Source: a virus
Lineage: Duplodnaviria > Heunggongvirae > Uroviricota > Caudoviricetes
Length of the DNA: 35,851 nt
IMG/VR virus record: IMGVR_UViG_2909288124_000002
Direction: 5' to 3' (one strand)
The position numbers and the translations under genes were made by a program. A model generated the notes under the pieces. That model saw only the letters and a list, made by a program, of their open reading frames with translations, made no database searches and was not told the DNA's origin. Within the stretch, counting starts at the first letter, position 1. Every line of letters begins with the position of its first letter. This document shows positions 7,622 to 17,987 of the stretch, one piece after another.

Positions 7622-10600
7622 TCAACGAATACTGATGCCTGAAGCCGCTTTTTTGGTCACAATCACCGTACAGTCGGTGATATTACCTGCCCGCTGATTG
7701 CCTTTATGGAAAACCTTAAACTCCAGAGTGACGCTTCCCCTGCCACTCGGCATATCAATAACCGCACTGTAGCTACCGGGAATGGCCCCTTTAGTTTCTC
7801 TGGATGCGATTAATACACCGTTTTTGCGAACTTCAAAACCATAACCCGTGTATCTTGTACCTCCCGGGTTATTACCACTTCCCGGATCGCTATACGCTAT
7901 TCCGTTAAAGATAATGGGCGGAATAATGATTTGACGGTCAAAGTTATGATCATCGCTGATGGTGACTGTAACCGTCCCGTTTGGTGTTTCCGTATTACCC
8001 CACGTACCAGCCTGTTTCGGGAATGATTTGGATACAGCTTTAACGAAGTCACCTCTGACCTGAGTCGCCTCCAGCATGCCCTTAATCGTACAGTTTTCAT
8101 TTACCGTGACATTGTTGAGCGTCCCGGCGTTCGCATTCACACTGCCACTGATATCCGCATTTTTAGCGGTCAGCTTTCCGTCTGATGTCAGGGAAAATGC
8201 CGGTGGATTTCCACCGCTGGTAATGGTCGGGGCCGTCAGGCGCTTCAGGAACACGTCGTTCATAAATATCTGATTGCCCTGCGCCACAAACATCGGCGTT
8301 TCATTCCCGTTTGCCGGTTCAATAAACGCGATACGGTTAGCGGCAACCAGAAACTGGCTCAGCTTACCTTCTTCCGTGTCCTCCATGCTGAGGCCAATAC
8401 CCGCGACATAATGTTTGCCGTCTTTGGTCTGCTCAATTTTGACGCCCCACATGGCATTCCACTTATCGTTAGCGTCCTGCCACTCTTTCGAAAACTCCTC
8501 CAGTCTGCTGGCGTTATCCTCCGTCAGCTCGACTTTTTCCAGCAGCTCCTTGCCGAGATGGGATTCGGTTATCTGGCCTTTGAAAAAATCCAGGTAACCT
8601 TCCGCATCATCGCTCGCCTGACCGACAGCCTCCACGAATGCCGATTTGCCAACGGTGTTCACACTGCGGATATAAAAGTAATAATCATGGCCCGGTTTGA
8701 TATTGATACTGGCGGCTATCCAGTACAGCGCCGTACCAAGATAGCGGGCTGTGGTTTCAACCTGCCTGATATCGGTAATCCGCGTTTCCGAGAACCAGAA
8801 CTCAAACTGTACCGTCGGATCATAAACCGCAAGATGCGGCGTGGCAGTTATCTGAAAATAGCCCGGCGTCAGCTCAATCCGCGACGGCGCTGCCGGGGCG
8901 GCAATCCGGAACGATACCGACGCCGGATCGCCCTGCTGTCCCCGGGCATTTACCGCCCGGACCGTCAGCATGTAACGCCCCAGCGCCAGTTGCGTGAAGC
9001 GGTATGTGGTTTCCGTCGTCCGGGCCGTGCTGACCAGCCGCTCACTGCCGTCATCCGCTGCCACGGTCAGGCGAAGCAGGAAGCTCACGCCCTTCACCAC
9101 CTTCGGCGTGTCCCAGCGGGCCAGCACCTGATATTCCCCACTGTCTGCGGTGACTTCGGCAGTCAGGTGCTGCACCGCTGGCGGCGTGACACCATTCACC
9201 GTGCCGCTCTGGTCGCCGTCAAAGTGCGCCCCGTTATCCACGATGGCCTCTTTCTCCGGTACATGCTGCACGGCAGTGATGGCATACGTGCCGTCATCGT
9301 TCTCACGGATACTCACGCAGCGGAACAGGCGCTGGCGCAACGTCGGCAGCTTCAGCCCCCATATGCTGTATCCGGCAACGCCGTCAGGAACACGGCTCAC
9401 TTTTACCTTCACGCCGTCGGTGACGGACTGGACCTCCACGCTGACCGGATTGCCTCTTCCGTCAACCAGGCTTATCAGCGTGGTACCGGAGGATGGCAGC
9501 GTGATTTCACGGTCGAGCGTCAGCGTCCGGGTCTGGCTGTTCACCGCCAGCACGCGACCACCGGTGCTGATACCGGCATAGTCATCATCGCAGATTTCAA
9601 TGACATCGCCCGGTACATGGCGAAGCCCTTCAGCACCCACGCTGAAATCCACGGTCTGCGTCTCCAGCAGTTCCGTTTTAATCAGCCACAGCCCGGCGCG
9701 GTGTGCCTGCCCCCGGCTGGTACAGCCAAAGGCATCCATCTTCGTGACATTACGACCGTAACGGGCAATGGCCTGCGTATCTTCAACAAGCTCTGTCGCC
9801 GTCTCCCAGCCGTTGTTCGGGTCAATCCAGTTCACCTCAACGGCATTATGGCGGTCCTTCAGGGCGCTGAAGCTGTAGCGGAACGGCGCGCCATCATCCG
9901 GCATCACCACATTACTGCGGTTATAGGTCCACACCTTATCTGATGGTCGGTCCTGCACGAACGTCAGCGTCTGCCCGTTCCATACCGGCATACAGCGCAT
10001 CGCCGAGCAGAAATCACTGAGCACATCCCACGCCTTACGCTGCGTGGTCAGCCAGGCATTACAGGTGATGCGCGGCTCCGTGCCGCCAAAGCCGTCCGGC
10101 ACTGACTGGTCGCAGTACTGGCCGATGACATACAGCGCCCATTTATCCACATCCGCCGCACCAAGACGTTTCCCCATGCCGTAGCGCGGGTGGGTCAGCA
10201 TATCCCACAGACACCAGGCCGGGTTGTTGCTGTATGCCGGCTTAAACGTTCCGTCCCAGATACCGCTGTATTGCCGCGTCTGCGGGTTATAGTTCGACGG
10301 CACCTGCAGAATGCGCCCGCGAAGATGATAATTACGGCTCACCTGCTGGCTGCCGAACTGCTCCGAGTCCACCTGCACGCCGACCAGTGCCGTGTTCGGG
10401 TAGCACTTTTCACATCGATGATTTCGGTGTATGACGACCAGAGCGTTTTGTTCTGCAGCTGGTCTGTGGTGCTGTCCGGCGTCATCCTGCGCATCCGGAT
10501 ATTAAACGGGCGCGGCGGCAGGCTACCCACCACCACCGAGGCCAGATACTGCGAGGTGGTTTTGCCCTTAATGGTGATGTCTTTTTCCGTCACCCAGCCA

Positions 10601-11034
10601 CCGTTACGTTGTATCTGAACCAGCAGACGGACTTCCGACGGATTCCTGTCACCCTTTGAGGTGGTTTCCACCAGTGCCTGTACACCGAAGGTAAAGCGCA
10701 GACGGTCGATGTTTGCAGACGTAATGGTGCGGGTGATCGGCGTGTCATATTTCACTTCCGTACCCAGCACCGTCTCGGAGCCGGAGGATTCAAACCCCTC
10801 CGGCGGTGTCTGCTCCTGCTCACCGGCACGGAACACCACCGTGACACCGGAGATGTTGGTATTCCCCTCAGTGTCCAGCACCGGCGTACTGTTCAGCAGC
10901 ACGCTTTTTAATCCATCCACCGGACCTTCAACCGGCCCTTCGCTGATGGCATCGATCACACTCAGCAACTGCGTGGACTTCAGGTTGTCCTTCGCTTCGC
11001 GCGGGGTATGCCCCTTACTGCTTCCTTTACCCAT
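7622..11034 (-). pseudogene. J: Tail tip / host specificity protein J, interrupted by a frameshift near 10405-10412
   Basis: Two consecutive ORFs in different frames both match lambda J: 10339..11034 (MGKGSSKGHTPREAKDNLKSTQLLSVIDAISEGP...) and 7622..10378 ([27 protein letters not shown]...). The N-terminal frame ends ...[14 protein letters not shown] where lambda J continues ...[23 protein letters not shown]. Confidence 0.8.
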
Positions 11035-11094
11035 TCCTCATGCTCCATAAATGACAAAACCGCCCGCAGGCGGTTTCACATAAAACATTTTGCA

Positions 11095-11766
11095 TCAGCG
11101 ACCAATCACCACAACCTGACCACCGTCCCCTTCGTCTGCCGTGCTGATCTCCTGAGAAACCACGCGTGACCCCACGCGCATTTCCCCGTACAGAACAGGC
11201 AGAACATTGCCCTGGGCAACCATGTTATCCAGTGAGGAGAAATAGGTGTTCTGCTTACCGTTATCCGTTGTCTGTGTACGGGGAGTTCTGGCTTTCGGTG
11301 CCAGCATCTGCGCCACACCACCAAGTACCATACTGGCACCGAGAGAAAACAGGATACTGGTCATACCACCGGCCCCAATGGCTGCCCCCCATGCTGCAAG
11401 GGTGGCTCCGGCAGTAAAGAATGATCCGGCAATGGTGGCAGCCCCCAGAACAATCTGGAATACGCCCCCTGACTTGGCCCCGGCGACTCTGGGAACAATA
11501 TGAATCACAGCGCCGTCAGGCAGAACCTCATGTAACTGCGCCGTCAATCCGGACGTGCTGACGTCCCGCCCGGAAATCCGTACCTGATACCAGCCGTCGC
11601 TCAGTTTCTGACGAAACGCCGGGAGCTGTGTGGCCAGCGCCCGGATGGCTTCAGCCCCCGTTTTCACACGAAGGTCGATGCGGCGGCCAAATCGTTGTAA
11701 ATCCCCGTAAAGGCAGATGCGCGCCATGCCCGGTGACGCCAGAGGGAGTGTGTGCGTCGCTGCCAT
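11095..11766 (-). CDS. I: Tail assembly protein I (223 aa)
   Basis: ORF MAATHTLPLASPGMARICLYGDLQRFGRRIDLRVKTGAEAIRA... matches lambda I; overlaps the end of K by 103 nt as in lambda. Confidence 0.92.
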   Translation of the reverse strand: MAATHTLPLASPGMARICLYGDLQRFGRRIDLRVKTGAEAIRALATQLPAFRQKLSDGWYQVRISGRDVSTSGLTAQLHEVLPDGAVIHIVPRVAGAKSGGVFQIVLGAATIAGSFFTAGATLAAWGAAIGAGGMTSILFSLGASMVLGGVAQMLAPKARTPRTQTTDNGKQNTYFSSLDNMVAQGNVLPVLYGEMRVGSRVVSQEISTADEGDGGQVVVIGR

Positions 11767-12407
11767 TTGTCGGTATACCTCTCTCGTTTGCTCAGTTGTT
11801 CAGGAATATGGTGCAGCAGCTCGCCGTCACCACAGTAAATGGCGGCATGATTCGGCATCGATGAACCAAAACAGCACAGCAGCACATCGCCCGGTTGTGC
11901 TGATGACAACGGCACCTGATACAGCCCTGTGGCCTCCAGATTATCCAGATAGAGATTCTGGCCGTGACGCCACCAGTCATCCCCGCGATGAAAATCCGGC
12001 ATCTCAATCCCCGCCAGATGATAAGCATCCCGGAACAGCGTGTAACAGTCCGTCACCCCGTGCTCAAAGCGCCGCCCGGTGAGATGCGGCACACAGCGGA
12101 ACTTATGAATCGCCCCCCGGCAGACCAGCAACCACGGCAAATCACTCTGCACCTGCAGCCGCCGGTCAGCCTCACTCAGCCAGGGCAGACCACCGGGGTG
12201 GCTGTGGACCAGCGCCACAATCTCACCCTGCATTTCTGCCTGCAGCCAGTCCTCCGGAGCCATCCGGAAATAATCCTCCGGCTCACCGGAAATATTCACG
12301 CAGGGAAAATATCTTTCCCCCTCCGGCGTGCTTACCACGAAGCCGCACGACTCCGCTGGCGCACATCGCCGGGCGTGCGCCAGAATCGCTGATTCTGTCT
12401 CTGTCAT
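11664..12407 (-). CDS. K: Tail tip assembly protein K (MPN/JAMM plus NlpC/P60 domains)
   Basis: ORF from MTETESAILAHARRCAPAESCGFV...; JAMM-type motif HSHPGGLPWLSEAD and NlpC/P60-like Cys/His residues; the start sits 4 nt after the L stop. The classical lambda annotation uses a later start. Confidence 0.88.
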   Translation of the reverse strand: MTETESAILAHARRCAPAESCGFVVSTPEGERYFPCVNISGEPEDYFRMAPEDWLQAEMQGEIVALVHSHPGGLPWLSEADRRLQVQSDLPWLLVCRGAIHKFRCVPHLTGRRFEHGVTDCYTLFRDAYHLAGIEMPDFHRGDDWWRHGQNLYLDNLEATGLYQVPLSSAQPGDVLLCCFGSSMPNHAAIYCGDGELLHHIPEQLSKRERYTDKWQRRTHSLWRHRAWRASAFTGIYNDLAAASTFV

Positions 12408-12411
12408 GGGA

Positions 12412-13110
12412 TTACTGCGAAAGTTTGTTAATGGAAAGGAAGCCGCCAAAGTTGCCGACGTTATTGCGAAACTTACAGCCGCTCAGGCATTTGCTGCATT
12501 TATCCTTCGTGATATCGGACGTTGGCTGGTCATATTCATCCGCGACAGCCGGACCGCTATAACCGCACTCGTCACCGCGATAGGTCCAGGTGCAGGTGTT
12601 GGCCAGCATGATACGTCCCGGAAAAACAGCGCCATCCGTTTCCGTCGGCGTGGACAGTACAAAGGAGGCACTCACCGCGCTCAGTTCGCTGCACTGCTCA
12701 ATGCGCCAGCGGCTGATCACCTCCTGCTCCGGATCGGCGTAACTGTTTCCGTTGACGAAGTTCACCGCATCCAGAAAACGGGCGTAAACCTTACGCCGGA
12801 CCACCGTTCCGCCGACCAGACTCTGCATATCTTCCGCCATCCCGGTGACCATACCGTACAGGTTAGAAACCGTCAGCGTGGGGCGCGTACTGGTGCCTTT
12901 GCCATTCAGTTCAAAACCGCTCCCCTGAATGGGATACGGCTGATACTGTCGCCCCTGCCAGGTGACCGGCTCACCTTTTTCGTTCTGCTCATTACAGAAA
13001 AAATAACGTTCTCCACCGACCTCTGTCAGGTCGATTTCCCAGAGCACCACGCTGGCCGACTGCTCCGCACGGGTGCATTCATTCAGTGTTTCCTGCCGGA
13101 TATCCTGCAT
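12412..13110 (-). CDS. L: Minor tail protein L (232 aa)
   Basis: ORF MQDIRQETLNECTRAEQSASVVLWEIDLTEVGGERYFFCNEQ... matches lambda L. Confidence 0.93.
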   Translation of the reverse strand: MQDIRQETLNECTRAEQSASVVLWEIDLTEVGGERYFFCNEQNEKGEPVTWQGRQYQPYPIQGSGFELNGKGTSTRPTLTVSNLYGMVTGMAEDMQSLVGGTVVRRKVYARFLDAVNFVNGNSYADPEQEVISRWRIEQCSELSAVSASFVLSTPTETDGAVFPGRIMLANTCTWTYRGDECGYSGPAVADEYDQPTSDITKDKCSKCLSGCKFRNNVGNFGGFLSINKLSQ

Positions 13111-13439
13111 CAGTTCACCACCTGTTCAAACTCTGCGCTGAACTCAACACGCAGCATACTGACCCGCGACGACCATTTTGCGCAGGTCACCTTTATCTGC
13201 CGCCACTCATAAGGCGGCGTCCACAGAAAGGATTTCCAGCCCCCGTGCTCTTCCAGAAACGACTCCAGTACCGTGGCCTCCTCACGGGGGACAGAAAGCG
13301 TCACGCTGTACGTTTTCAGGTTGGCATTCAGCCCGGCAGGCGCTCGCTGAGAATAGCCATCACCAAAGCGCACCTTTCTTACAGAAGGGACCGAAGCCAC
13401 ATCCATACCGGGTTTCACTTTCCAGCGGAAGGTCTTCAT
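13110..13439 (-). CDS. M: Minor tail protein M (109 aa)
   Basis: ORF MKTFRWKVKPGMDVASVPSVRKVRFGDGYSQRAPAGLN... matches lambda M. Confidence 0.93.
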   Translation of the reverse strand: MKTFRWKVKPGMDVASVPSVRKVRFGDGYSQRAPAGLNANLKTYSVTLSVPREEATVLESFLEEHGGWKSFLWTPPYEWRQIKVTCAKWSSRVSMLRVEFSAEFEQVVN

Positions 13440-15997
13440 CGTCCACCTCCGGAGAACAGGCCACCATCACGCATCTGTGTCTGAATTTCATCACGGGCAC
13501 CCTTGCGGGCCATGTCATACACCGCCTTCAGAGCAGCCGGACCTATCTGCCCGTTCGTGCCGTCGTTGTTAATCACCACATGGTTATTCTGCTCAAACGT
13601 CCCGGACGCCTGCGACCGGCTGTCTGCCATGCTGCCCGGTGTACCGACATAACCGCCGGTGGCATAGCCGCGCATCAGCCGGTAAAGATTCCCCACGCCA
13701 ATCCGGCTGGTTGCCTCCTTCGTGAAGACAAACTCACCACGGTGAACAATCCCCGCTGGCTCATATTTGCCGCCGGTTCCCGTAAATCCTCCGGTTGCAA
13801 AATGGAATTTCGCCGCAGCGGCCTGAATGGCTGTACCGCCTGACGCGGATGCGCCGCCACCAACACCCCCGCCAATGGCGCTGCCGATACTCCCGACAAT
13901 CCCCACCATTGCCTGCTTAAGCAGAATTTCTGTCATCATGGACAGCACGGAACGGGTGAAGCTGCGCCAGTTCTGCTCACTGCCGGTCAGCATAGCTGCC
14001 ATATTCTGTGCAATACCATCAAAGGTCTGCGTGGCTGCACTTTTTACCTGCGACATACTGTCCGTGGCGCTCTCTTCCCACTCACTCCAGCCGGACTTCA
14101 GGCCTGCCATCCAGTTCCCGCGAAGCTGGTCTTCAGCCGCCCAGGTCTTTTTCTGCTCTGACATGACGTTATTCAGCGCCAGCGGATTATCGCCATACTG
14201 TTCCTTCAGGCGCTGTTCCGTGGCTTCCCGTTCTGCCTGCCGGTCAGTCAGCCCCCGGCTTTTCGCATCAATGGCGGCCCGTTTTGCCCGTTGCTGCTGT
14301 GCGAATTTATCCGCCTGCTGCGCCAGCGCGTTCAGGCGCTCCTGATACGTAACCTTGTCGCCAAGTGCAGCCAGCTGGCGTTTGTACTCCAGCGTCTCAT
14401 CTTTATGCGCCAGCAGGGATTTCTCCTGTGCAGACAGCTGGCGACGTTGCGCCGCCTCCTCCAGTACCGCGAACTGACTCTCCGCCTTCCACAAATCCCG
14501 GCGCTGCTGGCTGATTTTCTCATTTGCTCCGGCATGCTTCTCCAGCGTCCGGAGTTCTGCCTGAAGCGTCAGCAGGGCAGCATGAGCACTGTCTTCCTGA
14601 CGATCGCCCGCAGACACCTTCACGCCGGACTGTTTCGGCTTTTTCAGCGTCGCTTCATAATCCTTTTTCGCCGCCGCCATCAGCGTGTTGTAATCCGCCT
14701 GCAGGATTTTCCCGTCTTTCAGTGCCTTGTTCAGTTCTTCCTGACGGGCGGTATATTTCTCCAGCGGCGTCTGCAGCCGTTCGTAAGCCTTCTGCGCCTC
14801 TTCGGTATATTTCAGCCGTGACGCTTCGGTATCGCTCTGCTGCTGCGCATTTTTGTCCTGTTGAGTCTGCTGCTCAGCCTTCTTTCGGGCGGCTTCAAGC
14901 GCAAGACGGGCCTTTTCACGATCATCCCAGTAACGCGCCCGCGCTTCATCGTTAACAAAATAATCATCCTTGCGCAGATTCCAGATGTCGTCTGCTTTCT
15001 TAAACGCAGCCTCTGCCTTAATCAGCATCTCCTGCGCGGTATCAGGACGACCAATATCCAGCACCGCATCCCACATGGATTTGAATGCCCGCGCAGTCCT
15101 GTCTGCCCAGGTCTCCAGCGTGCCCATGTTCTCTTTCAGGCGGCGGGTCTGGTCATCAAACCCTTTCGTTGCGGCCTCGTTCGCCGCCTGCAATGCCCCG
15201 GCTTCATCGCCGGAACGCTGCAACTGAGCAACATACGCAATCTGCTCCGCCGTCACGTTATGGAACTGGCGTGCCATCGCCGTCAGCCCCGACGTCGGGT
15301 CTGTGGTCAGCTTCCCGAAGGCTTCAGCGACCTTGTCCACCTCCACGCCGGATGCAGAGGAGAAACGCGCCACACTCTGGCTGATGGACGCAATCTGAGC
15401 CTCACCGCTTACCCCCGCCTTAACCAGTGCGCTGAGTGACTCGCTGGTCTGGTTAAACGTCAGCCCTGCCGCCTGCCCGGCTCTGGACAGGACCAGCATA
15501 CGATCTGCCGTCAGTCCCGCCTGATTGCCGGAAAGGACCAGCGTTTTGTTGAAATCGGACAGGGTTGAGTTGCCCTGATACCAGGCATACGCCAGCGCAC
15601 CGGTCGCCACCGCCAGCGAGGTGGCCCCCACCATCGGCAGGGTGATCGCACCGGCAAGCCCCCTGAACATGGGGATCATCCCGCCGAAGGAGTCCTTCAC
15701 CTGCCCCCCCTGTTGCAGCAGGATCAGCCACGGACTTTGCCCGCCTGCAAGCTGCGTGGCCACGTCGGTGAACTGTGCAGGCAGCATACGCATGGCGGCT
15801 TTATACTGCCCGACGGAAATCCCCGCTTTCTGTGCAGCCAGCGCCTGTCGGCTCAGCGACTGTTCAACGACTGCCGCTGTTTTTTTCGCATCACTTTCCG
15901 TACCGGAAAAATGACGCCTGACTCTGGCCATCTGCTCGTCAAATCTGGCCGCATCCAGACTCAAATCAACGACCAGATCGCCTACCGGTTCAGCCAT
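13436..15997 (-). CDS. H: Tail tape measure protein H (853 aa)
   Basis: 853-aa ORF MAEPVGDLVVDLSLDAARFDEQMARVRRHF... with coiled-coil rich centre; same length and position as lambda H. Confidence 0.93.
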   Translation of the reverse strand: MAEPVGDLVVDLSLDAARFDEQMARVRRHFSGTESDAKKTAAVVEQSLSRQALAAQKAGISVGQYKAAMRMLPAQFTDVATQLAGGQSPWLILLQQGGQVKDSFGGMIPMFRGLAGAITLPMVGATSLAVATGALAYAWYQGNSTLSDFNKTLVLSGNQAGLTADRMLVLSRAGQAAGLTFNQTSESLSALVKAGVSGEAQIASISQSVARFSSASGVEVDKVAEAFGKLTTDPTSGLTAMARQFHNVTAEQIAYVAQLQRSGDEAGALQAANEAATKGFDDQTRRLKENMGTLETWADRTARAFKSMWDAVLDIGRPDTAQEMLIKAEAAFKKADDIWNLRKDDYFVNDEARARYWDDREKARLALEAARKKAEQQTQQDKNAQQQSDTEASRLKYTEEAQKAYERLQTPLEKYTARQEELNKALKDGKILQADYNTLMAAAKKDYEATLKKPKQSGVKVSAGDRQEDSAHAALLTLQAELRTLEKHAGANEKISQQRRDLWKAESQFAVLEEAAQRRQLSAQEKSLLAHKDETLEYKRQLAALGDKVTYQERLNALAQQADKFAQQQRAKRAAIDAKSRGLTDRQAEREATEQRLKEQYGDNPLALNNVMSEQKKTWAAEDQLRGNWMAGLKSGWSEWEESATDSMSQVKSAATQTFDGIAQNMAAMLTGSEQNWRSFTRSVLSMMTEILLKQAMVGIVGSIGSAIGGGVGGGASASGGTAIQAAAAKFHFATGGFTGTGGKYEPAGIVHRGEFVFTKEATSRIGVGNLYRLMRGYATGGYVGTPGSMADSRSQASGTFEQNNHVVINNDGTNGQIGPAALKAVYDMARKGARDEIQTQMRDGGLFSGGGR

Positions 15998-16828
15998 ACC
16001 GGACTCCTCCTGCGATCCCTTCTGATACTGTCATCAGCATTACGTCATCCTCCGTCATGTCCGCCACATCCGGGGAAGCGGGGATAACTTCATTCCCGTC
16101 CGGGCCAAAGCGGACACCTCCGGCAAGCCCTGCCGCTTTCTGCATCAGCACATCATCTTCAGGCTCTTCGTCAGCCTCGCGCCGGTTCAGCAGACTGAAA
16201 TCCAGCGGATGCATATCCGGATCGCTGAAAAACAGGCTGAGCACGGTGTACGTCAGCCCGGAAAAGTGCATATCCAGCAGAACATCATGAAAATAATGGG
16301 TACTGTAAAAGCGGTGCCAGTCGGCATACTCCGTGGATGACATCCCGGCAAGCATGGCACGCCAGTCGGGTCGCCCCATCTCACGCGCCAGTTTCAGGGC
16401 AAAACTCAGCTCACCGTCGAACACTTTCCCGCAGAAACAGGCTCTGCGGGCCCGGCGTCCTCTGTCTGTTCAGGGGCATTATTCACCACAAACTCATACA
16501 TACCAGACAGCCGGTACACCACGTTTTCAGCATGAGAAATTGCCTCCGTGGGCCAGGTGGTAAGCACTTCCTGCTCAATCTGTTTAACGGCTTCATTCAT
16601 GGACGGCATCTGCGTCTTCTGCGGATGGTTATGCCACAGGGACATCGCCACCAGAAACGCGCCGGTTCTGATGGCGTCTTCCACAGTAAACTTCCGGTTG
16701 CTGTCTGACTCCGCCTGTTCTGCCTGCCGTTTCATCAGGGCGAGATGCTCAATGCGCTGCAGGGCTGACAGTTCAGAAAGCGTGACGGTCACACCGTTAT
16801 GTTCAAATGATTCGGTTTTCAGGAACAT
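15990..16828 (-). CDS. T: Tail assembly chaperone G-T fusion made by programmed -1 ribosomal frameshift
   Basis: T frame (15990..16424, MFDGELSFALKLAREMGRPDW...) overlaps the end of G in the -1 frame; slippery heptamer GGGAAAG on the minus strand at 16424-16430. Confidence 0.85.
16406..16828 (-). CDS. G: Tail assembly chaperone G (140 aa)
   Basis: ORF MFLKTESFEHNGVTVTLSELSALQRIEHLALMKRQ... matches lambda G. Confidence 0.93.
   Translation of the reverse strand: MFLKTESFEHNGVTVTLSELSALQRIEHLALMKRQAEQAESDSNRKFTVEDAIRTGAFLVAMSLWHNHPQKTQMPSMNEAVKQIEQEVLTTWPTEAISHAENVVYRLSGMYEFVVNNAPEQTEDAGPAEPVSAGKCSTVS
16424..16430 (-). promoter_or_regulatory. G/T -1 programmed frameshift slippery sequence G GGA AAG
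   Basis: Plus-strand CTTTCCC at 16424-16430 is the reverse complement of GGGAAAG, located 18 nt before the G stop codon. Confidence 0.8.
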
Positions 16829-16843
16829 CGCTGACTCTCCGGA

Positions 16844-17584
16844 TTAACTGGCGGTGACGGTAATTTCTGCAACCGCAGCAAACTCACCATTACCGGATAC
16901 AACCGGAATGTTGACCTTGCCTGCAGCAACGCCGTTCACGGTGATGGTCATACCACTGACCGACACGGTGGCTTTTGTTTTATCCGCAGACACCGCACGA
17001 AAGCTCTTGTCGGTTACGCCCTCCGGCTGGAAGGCCACGGTCAGCGTGGTGCTCTGCCCTTTCACCACCGAGGTGCTGGCAGGCGTCACGGTCATGCCGG
17101 TTGCCGCTGTTACCGTGCTGCGATCTTCTGCCATCGACGGACGTCCCACATTGGTGACTTTCACCGTGCGGGTGATCACTTCCTTCGCCGTCACCGCCTT
17201 ACCGATACTGCTGACCCAGCCACGGAACACATCGACCGTGCCGTTCGGGAAGCGGATTTTATAGGCACGGGTATCGCCTTCATTAAACCACGCCAGCAGC
17301 GCCTGCTGCCCCTGCTCTCCGGGCATCCACGCCAGCGTGAAGCTGGTATCTCCGGCAGATTTCTGCCCCTGCCCGGTCGCAGTCCAGTCTGCATCTTCAT
17401 CATCGAGATAGCTGTCGTCATAGGACTCAGCGGTCAGTTCGCCGGGCGTCAGGTCTTTAACTTTTGCCAGACGCGACCAGTCAACGTCTGAAAGCGGATT
17501 CGCATAAGGGTCACCGCTCCCCTTATAAACCCACAGGGTGGTCCCGGCACCTTTCACCGGCATTGTAGGATTTGGTACAGGCAT
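16844..17584 (-). CDS. V: Major tail tube protein V (246 aa)
   Basis: From [30 protein letters not shown]...; C-terminal Ig-like region ...[18 protein letters not shown]. The ORF track begins 10 codons upstream. Confidence 0.92.
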
Positions 17585-17591
17585 AGCGTCC

Positions 17592-17987
17592 TCACATTTC
17601 ATAGGTAATGACATAAGTCAGATCGGCTGAACTCCACAGGCCCGCATCATCGTCGCGCCGGTAGTCATAGCCGCTGGCCACCATACTGGTGATCAAATCT
17701 GACAGTGCCGGGATATCGCTCATCACCGGATAAATCCGGGACTCCATCCACGCATCCAGCTCTGAATCCGGCACCTGAGCAGGCAGGAAAACTTCGATAT
17801 GCAGCTCCGCCTGCCAGGTATCGCTGTCCAGCTCTTCGCCCGTGTATTCAGCGCCGGTGAGATAAACGGCAACTGCCGGAAAATCCGCCTCATCAAAAAC
17901 AGCGGGGCGACCATCAAAAAACGTCGCCCCGGTGTCATGCTTCTCCAGTGCATCCAGTACGGCTGCACGGAGTTCAGTATGTTTCAT
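17592..17987 (-). CDS. U: Tail terminator protein U (131 aa)
   Basis: [36 protein letters not shown]... matches lambda U. Confidence 0.93.

Noticed and set aside
8411-9943. 510-aa plus-strand ORF antisense to J
   Set aside because: It is antisense to a strongly conserved J coding region, its composition is Arg/Leu-rich and typical of a wrong-frame translation, and I recognise no homology.
12328-15439. Multiple plus-strand ORFs (for example 12328..13212, 13178..13843, 14291..14821, 14861..15439) antisense to L, M and H
   Set aside because: All overlap conserved lambda tail genes on the opposite strand and have wrong-frame-like composition.
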